DNA of 24,000 bases. It comes from Caproiciproducens sp. NJN-50 (GTDB lineage: Bacteria > Bacillota > Clostridia > Oscillospirales > Acutalibacteraceae). Shown in pieces: positions 9,307-16,795 of the stretch (within the stretch, counting starts at the first letter, position 1; every line of letters starts with the position of its first letter). The DNA lies in contig NZ_CP035283.1 in assembly GCF_004103755.1 (NCBI RefSeq), positions 746,269 to 770,268 of the forward strand. Direction: 5' to 3'. Position numbers and translations under genes: made by a program. The notes beneath the pieces were generated by a model that had not been told where the DNA came from, searched no databases, and worked only from the letters and a program-made list of their open reading frames with translations.

Positions 9307-10434
9307 TTACTTCTTTTCAAGGATTTTGGCGATGGTCATCCGCTGGATCTGATTGGTGCCCTCGAAGATCTGGAAGATCTTGGCGTCGCGCATCAGTTTT
9401 TCCACCGGATATTCGCGGCTGTAGCCGTAGCCCCCAAAAATCTGAACCGCATTGGAGGTAACCTCCTGCGCCGCGTCGGTTACAAATGTCTTGGTAATGG
9501 AACCTTCCATGCGCAGGTCGCGGTGTTCGTCCTTGTCCAGCAGACGCATGGTATTGTTGACCAGGACACGGGAGGCTTCGGTCTTGATGGCCATATCCGC
9601 CAGCATGGACTGCACCATTTGGAATTTGATGATAGGCTGCCCGAACTGTTTGCGCTCCTTGGCGTAGGCCACGGATTCGTCCAGAGCGCGTTGCATGATG
9701 CCCACGGCCAGCGTAGCGACGAAAGCGCGCGAGATGTTCAGGGCGCCGAGGGCGACTTTAAGGCCTTTGCCTTTTTCACCGACAATGTTCGTTGCGGGAA
9801 CGCGGACGTTGTCGAAGATCAGTTCGGTGGTGTTGGAAAGGCGGAACCCCATCTTTTTCTCGTGGGCGCCGACGGAAAAACCCGGAGTGTCACGGTCGAT
9901 CAGGAAAGCCGTAATGCCCTCTTCCGTCCGGAAAAAGCTGACATACAGGGAAGCGCAGGCGCCGTTGGTGGCAAAGGTCTTGGTGCCGTTCAGGATGTAG
10001 TCGTTTCCCTCTTTGGCCGCGGTTGCGCGCAGGGCGCCCGCGTCCGAACCGGCGCCGGGCTCCGTGATGGCGAAGCAGGCGAACTTTCCAGAGGAAAGCA
10101 CATCGGCGAAATACTGCGCTTGCTCTTTGGTTCCATAGAGCATAACGTTTCGGAACGCTACGAAATTCGTTACAAGAGTGTCGGCATAACCGGCGTCGAC
10201 TTTGGCCAGCTCCTCGAAAAGCATTGCGGTCGTTTCAAAGTCGAGGCCCATTCCGCCGTACTCCTCTGGGATTTCCGCCATATGCAGACCCATATCGAGA
10301 GCGGGCTGAAACAGTTCGACGGGGCATTCGCCCTTTTCGTCACATTCCGCGACATGAGGTTTGACCGCCTTTTCCGCCAGGTCGCGGACCATTTCAATCA
10401 GTTCAGTTTGCTCATCAGTATAAAGCAGAGCCAT
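9307..10434 (-). CDS. Acyl-CoA dehydrogenase (short-chain/butyryl-CoA dehydrogenase-like)
   Basis: Full-length ACAD architecture: FAITEPGAGSD, the TKTFATNG-type FAD/substrate segment, and a C-terminal IFEGTNQIQR with the catalytic-base Glu position conserved. SD AGGAAAGGA lies upstream of ATG 10434. Confidence 0.88.
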   Translation of the reverse strand: MALLYTDEQTELIEMVRDLAEKAVKPHVAECDEKGECPVELFQPALDMGLHMAEIPEEYGGMGLDFETTAMLFEELAKVDAGYADTLVTNFVAFRNVMLYGTKEQAQYFADVLSSGKFACFAITEPGAGSDAGALRATAAKEGNDYILNGTKTFATNGACASLYVSFFRTEEGITAFLIDRDTPGFSVGAHEKKMGFRLSNTTELIFDNVRVPATNIVGEKGKGLKVALGALNISRAFVATLAVGIMQRALDESVAYAKERKQFGQPIIKFQMVQSMLADMAIKTEASRVLVNNTMRLLDKDEHRDLRMEGSITKTFVTDAAQEVTSNAVQIFGGYGYSREYPVEKLMRDAKIFQIFEGTNQIQRMTIAKILEKK

Positions 10435-10540
10435 TTTGATAACATCCTTTCCTAAAAAAACTAAAGCGATGGGAAATAGACAATTCGTACAAAGCGGGCG
10501 CAGTAAAACCGGTTTTTTTTGGACCTGCTGGACTTTGTTT

Positions 10541-10577
10541 ATAATATAACACGTTTCATTGGTTTCAACAATTGAAA
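10541..10577 (-). promoter_or_regulatory. Putative sigma-A promoter of the minus-strand operon with overlapping dyad TTTCAA-caa-TTGAAA
   Basis: On the minus strand: -35 TTGAAA (complement of 10563-10568), a 16-nt spacer, and -10 TATTAT (complement of 10541-10546). The -35 is one arm of a perfect 6+6 inverted repeat at 10563-10577. The inner 13 bp fit the LysR-type T-N11-A pattern. Confidence 0.4.
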
Positions 10578-10814
10578 ACGGGTAGCGATAGATAAGTCCT
10601 ATAGGTTCCTACTAAAGCGCAGGATTTTCCGATTAGTATTTTAGAAGAATTGATGCTACAATAAACAAAAAATCAGGTGCTACAGCTTACAGAATCAGCA
10701 TTTTAACAACACTGTATGCCTGCTTTTTTGATCAAAGCATGGGTTGCGGTGAGCGCAGTCCATACGCACACACCTTTGGGTTAAAATTTTCACATTCATT
10801 TTAGGAGGTAAAAA

Positions 10815-12008
10815 ATGAGCAAATTGAGCGATGAGCAATTTCAGGCGTACCTAAAGCAGATTCGTGAATTGGCCGAGGGCCCGTTCGACGAGATGCAGAA
10901 AGAAATCGAGGTCACGAACAAGTTCCCTCAGGAATTTTACGATCTTGCAATCAAAAATGATCTGTACCGTTTTGCACTGCCCGAAAAATACGGCGGGTTC
11001 GGCCTGACCGAGAAGCAGATCCTGATGGTACAGGAAGAGTTTTCCCGCGGCCCCGGCGGCATGCGCATGCATCTTCATCATGCGGCCGACCTCGACTGGC
11101 GCATTCTGGACGACTTTGGCAGCGATGAACTGAAAGCCCAGTATATGGACAAATTTCAGGATAAGACCGTTTACTCCAACTTCGCCCTGACGGAAAAAAC
11201 CGGCGGAACCGGCGCCGACGTTCATACCACCGCGATCAAAGACGGCGACTACTACGTCATTAACGGGGAAAAGACCCTGATTTCCCATACGGACTGCTCC
11301 GATTTTACCTATCTCATTGTGAGTACGGACCCCACCTCCGACAAAGACAGCCGTCTGTCCGCGTTCTTTGTGGATGTTCATACCCCCGGCTACGAGATCG
11401 TCCCGATGCCCCATATGATGGGCTGCCGCGGCGCCGGCCATGCCGGGCTGCGCTTCACCAACATGCGCGTCCACAAGAAATTTCTGCTGGGCAAAGAGGG
11501 TATGGGCCTTGAGATTGCGATGCACTCGCTCGCTGTTTCCCGCGCGCATATCGCCGTCAGCAACCTTGGCATGGCGCAGAGAATGCTGGAAATGACGATC
11601 AAACGCGCAAAAGACCGCGTCACGTTCGGCAAGCCCCTGATCAAGCGCCAGGCGATCCAGCAGACCATTGCCGACATGGGAACCGAAATTCATGCCCTCC
11701 GCCTGATGATTTATGATTTCGCCGAGGACTACGAGGCCGGCCGCGACATTGAAATGAAGGCCGCAATGTGCAAACTGCACAGCATCAACACCGTGAAGAT
11801 GGTTTCCGACGCCATGCTGGAAATCTTCGGCGGCATCGGCTACTTCGAGGACTGCGAGTACGGCCCCACCGAGCGCCTGTACCGCGACTGCCGCGCCATG
11901 TGGCTGGAGGAAGGCCCGCGCACGGTCCAGCGCCTGACTGCATTCCGCGGCCTGGAGAAGAACGGCGGCGTTATTTCCTACAAGGACAACGGATACCGGA
12001 CCGTCTGA
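10815..12008 (+). CDS. Acyl-CoA dehydrogenase family protein (divergent)
   Basis: Excellent SD (TTAGGAGGT) 6 nt before ATG 10815. ACAD-type N-terminal, middle and C-terminal domains are present (FALTEKTGGTGAD, YVINGEKTLISH, C-terminal WLEEGPRTVQR in place of the usual YEGT motif). Confidence 0.82.
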   Translation: MSKLSDEQFQAYLKQIRELAEGPFDEMQKEIEVTNKFPQEFYDLAIKNDLYRFALPEKYGGFGLTEKQILMVQEEFSRGPGGMRMHLHHAADLDWRILDDFGSDELKAQYMDKFQDKTVYSNFALTEKTGGTGADVHTTAIKDGDYYVINGEKTLISHTDCSDFTYLIVSTDPTSDKDSRLSAFFVDVHTPGYEIVPMPHMMGCRGAGHAGLRFTNMRVHKKFLLGKEGMGLEIAMHSLAVSRAHIAVSNLGMAQRMLEMTIKRAKDRVTFGKPLIKRQAIQQTIADMGTEIHALRLMIYDFAEDYEAGRDIEMKAAMCKLHSINTVKMVSDAMLEIFGGIGYFEDCEYGPTERLYRDCRAMWLEEGPRTVQRLTAFRGLEKNGGVISYKDNGYRTV

Positions 12009-12014
12009 GCTTCG

Positions 12015-12039
12015 GGGACGCCGCCCTGGGCGGCGTCCC
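12015..12039 (+). other. GC-rich intercistronic stem-loop
   Basis: GGGACGCCGCC (12015-12025) is the exact reverse complement of GGCGGCGTCCC (12029-12039), with a 3-nt apex. No T-tract follows. It lies between the ACAD stop (12008) and the CoA-transferase start (12068). Confidence 0.6.
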
Positions 12040-12067
12040 GCATCTGGGCAAACAACAAAGAAAGAAA

Positions 12068-13297
12068 GTGATTCCATTGAAGCCTTTGGAAGGAGTCAGG
12101 GTTGTTGATCTGACGACGTTTCTGGCTGCGCCGACCACTGCCCGCGTGCTTGGCGAGTGGGGAGCGGACGTGGTCAAGGTGGAGTCGCCCAAGGGCGACC
12201 CCGGACGCACGCAGGGCGCGGTGTTCGGAATGCCGTATGAGGACGATGAGAACCTCGGCTTTGACATGTCCAATATGAACAAGCGCTTCATCACCCTGAA
12301 TCTTAAGACCGAAAAGGGCCTTGAAGTCATGCACAGGCTCCTTGCGGACGCCGATGTGTTCATCACAAATATCCGAAGCAAGTCTCTGGCCAAGCTGGGT
12401 CTGGACTATGAGACGCTGAGCGCAAAATATCCGAAACTCGTTTGGGCGCAGTGCCTCGGTTACGGTGAGAAGGGTCCTGAAAAGGATTCCGCCGGATTCG
12501 ACGTGACCTGCTATATGGCCCGCGGCGGCGTTTTCGGAACAACTGTGAACAAGGGCGACGCCCCCATGATTCCCACCAACGGCTACGGCGATTTTCAGGT
12601 TTCCATGTGCGTTGCCTCCGGCATCAGTGCGGCGCTGTTCAACCGGACCCGCACCGGCCGGGGCGAAAAGGTTACGGTCAGCCTGCATCACGCGGCCGTC
12701 TTCATGCTGAGCACCGCCGTCGTTTCCGCCCAGTATGGCAACAAATACCCCAAAAGCCGTTTTGAGGTCATTTGCCCCACAAACAATGTCTACCGCACCA
12801 AAGATGACAAGCTGATCGCGATGTGCGCCCCCGAGTACGACCGGGACTACAACAAGGTTATGAAGCTCATCGGCCGCGGGGATCTTGTCGGCCATCCGGA
12901 TTATTCGAATTGCGACCACATGAATGCTTTACATAAGAACGCAGAGGTCGTAAAGATTTTTGATGAGGCGATCGGTCAGTTTAACCGCGCCGAGATCCTG
13001 AAAATCTTTAAGGAGAATGACGTTCCCTGCGAAGCATGCTACGAGCCTCTCGATATGTACGAAGATGAGCAGGTCTGGGCGAACGGGGTTATGACGAAGC
13101 TGGACTGCCCGTCCGGCGAGCGCTGCATTGCGACCAACCCGGTTAAATTCGGCTCTTACGCCGAACCGAGCTACAAAGTTTCTTCCGCGCAGGGGACCGA
13201 TACCGTGGAAGTGATGAAAGGAATCGGGTACAGCGAAAGCGAAATCAGGGAATACCTGACCGAAGGCGCCGTTCAAGGCAAGAAGGCGCTGAAATAA
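12068..13297 (+). CDS. Family III CoA-transferase (CaiB/BaiF/Frc type)
   Basis: Typical N-terminus PLEGVRVVDLTTFLAAPTTARVLGEWGADVVKVESPKGDPGR and about 409 aa. The ORF-track frame opens at 11768, but that part overlaps the preceding ACAD. The first plausible start is GTG 12068, which has only a weak purine-rich SD. Confidence 0.85.
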   Translation: MIPLKPLEGVRVVDLTTFLAAPTTARVLGEWGADVVKVESPKGDPGRTQGAVFGMPYEDDENLGFDMSNMNKRFITLNLKTEKGLEVMHRLLADADVFITNIRSKSLAKLGLDYETLSAKYPKLVWAQCLGYGEKGPEKDSAGFDVTCYMARGGVFGTTVNKGDAPMIPTNGYGDFQVSMCVASGISAALFNRTRTGRGEKVTVSLHHAAVFMLSTAVVSAQYGNKYPKSRFEVICPTNNVYRTKDDKLIAMCAPEYDRDYNKVMKLIGRGDLVGHPDYSNCDHMNALHKNAEVVKIFDEAIGQFNRAEILKIFKENDVPCEACYEPLDMYEDEQVWANGVMTKLDCPSGERCIATNPVKFGSYAEPSYKVSSAQGTDTVEVMKGIGYSESEIREYLTEGAVQGKKALK

Positions 13298-13345
13298 CCG
13301 CTGGAATTACCGACGATTTTTAATTTTGAAGAGGAGTATGAGAAC

Positions 13346-14659
13346 GTGAAAGCAAAAAAGTACTTGTGGGTTTTAGCTACCGTTTATTTGGCTTACTTTA
13401 CCCAAGGCATCCAGGCTTTGGTTCTTAGTCAAAACAAGGTTTCATTTTATACTCAATGGGGATTCACAAACGCCGATGCCGGTGCGGCGGCAGTCAGCGC
13501 AGCCATCGCTTTCACCGGTCTCGGCAAGTTCGTATCCGTATGGGTTTGCGGTGAAATTTCAGACAGGATCGGCCGCAAACCGATGGTATTTGTCGGCGCC
13601 CTGGCCTATGTGCTCAGTTTCTTAGGCCTGCTGGTTACTTCCAACGTTGTGGTTGCTAACGTCTGTGCCTTCGGTTTGGGTGCCGCAACTTCCTGCTTTG
13701 ACGGAGCCAGCTATCCCGCCGTGCAGGAAAGCTGGGTAAAGGCCCCCGGCACCGCGCTGATCCTGATCAAAGGGTTTATCTCCGTGTCGGGCCTGATGTA
13801 CCCGCTTCTGGTCGTTTCCCTGACGCAGGCCGGTAATTGGAAGATGGGAATCATTATTCCACTTATTTTGTCTGTTCTTACTTTCCTTATCGCAATTATT
13901 ACCCCGTTCTCTTATGATGAGGAAATGAAACGTCGCAAAACGGATCCGGCAGCCAAAGCTGCTTATGAAAAGGAGCTTGCCGAAAAGAAGCACGTTCTCG
14001 ATGCGGATGCCAAGAAGGCCGCTGCCCGCTTCAAATCCACCCCGCCCAAATTCGTCGTTGTCGGCTGCGCTGTTTATGGATTTATCGCTATGGCTACCAT
14101 GTACTCTGCACAGCAATACATCAAGGCGTTCGGCAAGGTTGTTGTCGGAATGAGCGACATGAGCGCCGCCGGGCTGACCAGTGTCTATACCGCCGGTTCA
14201 CTGATTGCTGTCATTGTCTGGGGCTTCTTTATGGCAAAATTACGTTGGCGCACTTTGAAAGTTTTGCTGATTGATCTTGCCGGTTCTGTGCTGGGTTATG
14301 GCCTGGTCTGTATCGTCCGCGTTCCCGCCATGGTTTACCTTGCCACCTTCATGATCGGCCTGTTTGCTGCCGGCGGCGCCCTGCAGTGCGGCGTTTCCCT
14401 CATGCAGGAATTCCATCCCGGCAACAAGGGCAGAAACCTCGGTATTTACTACACATTTATGGGAGCTGCATCCTACGCTATTCCCTATATTCAATCTTGG
14501 CTGATTGGTTCAAGCTCCGAGGCCTCTGCTACGGTATCCTGCTTACTGCTCAATCTCGGCATGGCTGTTGTCGGACTCTTCTTCATGATCTATCTGAGTG
14601 TTAACTATAAGAAGTGGTTCGGCGTCAGCGTCATGTCAAAAGCCGGCGGAGACGATTAA
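13346..14659 (+). CDS. MFS transporter
   Basis: GTG start 9 nt after GAGGAG (13331-13336). About 12 hydrophobic helices with a charged central loop (residues about 190-235) and an MFS-like loop GEISDRIGRKP. Confidence 0.8.
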   Translation: MKAKKYLWVLATVYLAYFTQGIQALVLSQNKVSFYTQWGFTNADAGAAAVSAAIAFTGLGKFVSVWVCGEISDRIGRKPMVFVGALAYVLSFLGLLVTSNVVVANVCAFGLGAATSCFDGASYPAVQESWVKAPGTALILIKGFISVSGLMYPLLVVSLTQAGNWKMGIIIPLILSVLTFLIAIITPFSYDEEMKRRKTDPAAKAAYEKELAEKKHVLDADAKKAAARFKSTPPKFVVVGCAVYGFIAMATMYSAQQYIKAFGKVVVGMSDMSAAGLTSVYTAGSLIAVIVWGFFMAKLRWRTLKVLLIDLAGSVLGYGLVCIVRVPAMVYLATFMIGLFAAGGALQCGVSLMQEFHPGNKGRNLGIYYTFMGAASYAIPYIQSWLIGSSSEASATVSCLLLNLGMAVVGLFFMIYLSVNYKKWFGVSVMSKAGGDD

Positions 14660-14746
14660 TTTCGATCAGCTTTCTTTTCGCGATAGCGGTTTGGGTCTGG
14701 TCGGAAATTGACGTTTCTCGTTAAAATTTGAAGAATTCCAACGAAA

Positions 14747-14787
14747 GGCATAAAATCTCAGGGGAAGCTTCCCTGGGATTTTATGCC
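14747..14787 (+). terminator. Long stem-loop after the MFS gene (putative terminator or RNA-stability element)
   Basis: GGCATAAAATC..CAGGG (14747-14764) pairs with CCCTG.GATTTTATGCC (14771-14787) around an AAGCTT apex, giving about 16 bp with one mismatch. There is no clean T-tract on the plus strand. Confidence 0.5.
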
Positions 14788-14928
14788 GTCATTACAGAAC
14801 GTGCTAAGAAAGATTTTCCTCGACTTTTGCCGCAAAAAGGCCGGAATCTGTAAGTTGTTCTCAGCAAAAACAAGACATAGCTTAAATACTTCAAAATCTG
14901 TTTTATTAAAGAGAGGAGAAGATATATC

Positions 14929-15801
14929 ATGGCAGAAAGAATTACCGGACATACGGAACTGATTGGTCTGATCGCTTATCCGATCCGCCATTCCAGTTCT
15001 CCGAAAATGCACAACGAAGCATTTGCAAAATTAGGTCTAGATTATGCCTACCTGGCGTTTGAGGTGGACAACGATACTCTGGAGGATACTGTGAAGGGCC
15101 TTCGCGCGATGAAAGTACGCGGCTTTAACGTATCGATGCCAAACAAGACGGTTATTTCCAAATATCTCGACAAACTGACTCCTGCCGCCGAAATGTGCGG
15201 AGCGGTTAATACCGTCATCAACGACAATGGCGTATTGACGGGAACAATCACAGACGGTATCGGTTATATGACCGCGCTCAAAGACGCCGGCATCGATATC
15301 ATAGGAAAGAAGATGACGATTGTCGGAGCCGGCGGCGCGGCAACTGCGGTCGAGGTGCAGGCTGCGCTCGACGGCGTGTCTGAGATGTCCATTTTCAATG
15401 CAAACGATAAATTCTGGCCGAGAGCCGAGCATAATGTTCAAACAATCAATGAGAAAACGAAATGTAAGGCAACACTGCACAGGCTGGAGGACCTTGACGA
15501 TCTAAAAGCCGAAATTGCGTCGAGCCCCCTGTTTGCCAATGCGACAGGCGTAGGTATGAAGCCGCTGGAAGGCCGGACTTATATCCCGGATCAGTCTTTC
15601 CTGCGCCCTGACCTGATCGTTACCGATGTTGTTTACGCTCCGACAGAAACCGCGCTTTTGAAAATGGCGAAAGAGGTCGGATGCAAAACAATGAACGGCC
15701 TGGGAATGATGTTATATCAGGGTGCCGCCGCGTTCAAGCTTTGGACCGGGAAAGAAATGCCGATCGATTATATAAAAGAAGTCCTCAATATCCATTATTA
15801 A
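14929..15801 (+). CDS. ydiB: Quinate/shikimate 5-dehydrogenase, YdiB-like
   Basis: SD AGAGGAGAAG upstream. Collinear with E. coli YdiB as I remember it (ELIGLIAYPIRHSSSP, NVSMPNK, LTPAAEMCGAVNTVI, GAGGAATA, GVGMKPLEG, CKTMNGLGMMLYQGAAAFKLWTGK). It has ITDG where the family normally has NTDG. Confidence 0.88.
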   Translation: MAERITGHTELIGLIAYPIRHSSSPKMHNEAFAKLGLDYAYLAFEVDNDTLEDTVKGLRAMKVRGFNVSMPNKTVISKYLDKLTPAAEMCGAVNTVINDNGVLTGTITDGIGYMTALKDAGIDIIGKKMTIVGAGGAATAVEVQAALDGVSEMSIFNANDKFWPRAEHNVQTINEKTKCKATLHRLEDLDDLKAEIASSPLFANATGVGMKPLEGRTYIPDQSFLRPDLIVTDVVYAPTETALLKMAKEVGCKTMNGLGMMLYQGAAAFKLWTGKEMPIDYIKEVLNIHY

Positions 15802-15857
15802 GCTGCGGCTGATTGCTGTCAATCCTAGCCAAAATGGTGAAAGGATGAGTAAGCCAT

Positions 15858-16619
15858 ATGAAAACAGTTACTGTAAAAAACGTTGTTCTCGGTGATGGAA
15901 TCCCGAAAATCTGTATCCCGATCGTCGCAAGGACCAAAAAGGATATTGTCGAGGAAATCAAAGGTCTCAAGCAGTACCATGCGGACCTTGTCGAATGGCG
16001 CGTGGACTGGTTTGAAGACGCCGACGATATCGAAAAGATCAAAGAAGTACTGCGAGAGCTTGCTCCTGTTGTTCAAGAGCTTCCCCTTCTGTTTACATTC
16101 CGTACCGCAGAGGAAGGCGGAAACCGGCCGGTCGACCCGGAGTCCTATGTCAGGATCAATCAGGAAGCAGCGGCGAGCGGAGTTGTAGATCTGATCGACG
16201 TCGAGTTGTTCAAGGGCGATGAAGTGATGAAAAAACTTGTCGAAAGCGCTCACCGCTCAGGCGTGAAAGTCGTGGCTTCCAGCCATGATTTTGAAAAAAC
16301 TCCGCCGAAAGATGAAATCCTCTACCGGTTAAGAAAAATGCAGGATCTGGGGGCCGATATCCCAAAGATAGCGGTTATGCCCAAATCCAAACTGGACGTT
16401 CTGGAACTGCTTGAGGCCACCGCCGTTATGTCGGAGAAATATGCCGACAGGCCAATTATCACGATGTCCATGTCCGGCCCTGGTGTGATTTCACGCCTGT
16501 CAGGGGAACTTTTTGGCTCCGCGCTGACTTTCGGCGCAACCAAAACAGCCTCGGCGCCAGGTCAGATCGGCGCAGAGGATCTTTACGGAGCCCTGCACCT
16601 CCTGCACAACAGCCTGTAA
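15858..16619 (+). CDS. aroD: Type I 3-dehydroquinate dehydratase
   Basis: The N-terminus MKTVTVKNVVLGDGIPKI matches the AroD N-terminus. Also present: EWRVDWF, the catalytic-His region SSHDFEKTP, and the Schiff-base Lys region PKIAVMPKS. Confidence 0.92.
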   Translation: MKTVTVKNVVLGDGIPKICIPIVARTKKDIVEEIKGLKQYHADLVEWRVDWFEDADDIEKIKEVLRELAPVVQELPLLFTFRTAEEGGNRPVDPESYVRINQEAAASGVVDLIDVELFKGDEVMKKLVESAHRSGVKVVASSHDFEKTPPKDEILYRLRKMQDLGADIPKIAVMPKSKLDVLELLEATAVMSEKYADRPIITMSMSGPGVISRLSGELFGSALTFGATKTASAPGQIGAEDLYGALHLLHNSL

Positions 16620-16795
16620 GGGCCCCGATGACGGGGGTTCATTTCCTGAGAGCTAGAGTATCGCTTTTACGGAGGAGCCCGTTTCGTCTTTTATCCTGGG
16701 TGCTGGTGGGATAGTCTGCGGCTTTGCGTCTATTTTACCAGCGTCAGGGCAAATGCGGGAATATAAAAAATTACGCATAAAGGAGATTTTCCATC

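Noticed and set aside
10727-10736. The perfect 10-bp palindrome TTTGATCAAA in the divergent control region.
   Set aside because: It is short, AT-rich and occurs only once, so it is within chance expectation for AT-rich intergenic DNA. It could equally be part of a weak RNA hairpin (TGCTTT/AAAGCA).
11768-12067. The 100-codon N-terminal extension of the CoA-transferase ORF in the track (start 11768).
   Set aside because: It overlaps the 3' end of the ACAD gene in another frame, has an Arg/Pro-rich shadow-frame composition, and precedes the conserved family III N-terminus (PLEGVRVVDLT). The start is reassigned to GTG 12068.
14728-14741. TTGAAGAATTCCAA as a possible third copy of the TTCAA-N3-TTGAA operator, upstream of the ydiB-like gene.
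   Set aside because: The half-sites are in the opposite order, one arm is imperfect (TTCCAA), and the element is not positioned on a recognisable promoter.
16621-16645. The short hairpin CCCCG-atga-CGGGG after aroD, as a terminator separating aroD from the second dehydrogenase.
   Set aside because: The stem is only 5 bp and the T-tract is poor (GTTCATTTCC), so it is too weak to call. The 176-nt gap may still hold a promoter or terminator that I cannot define.
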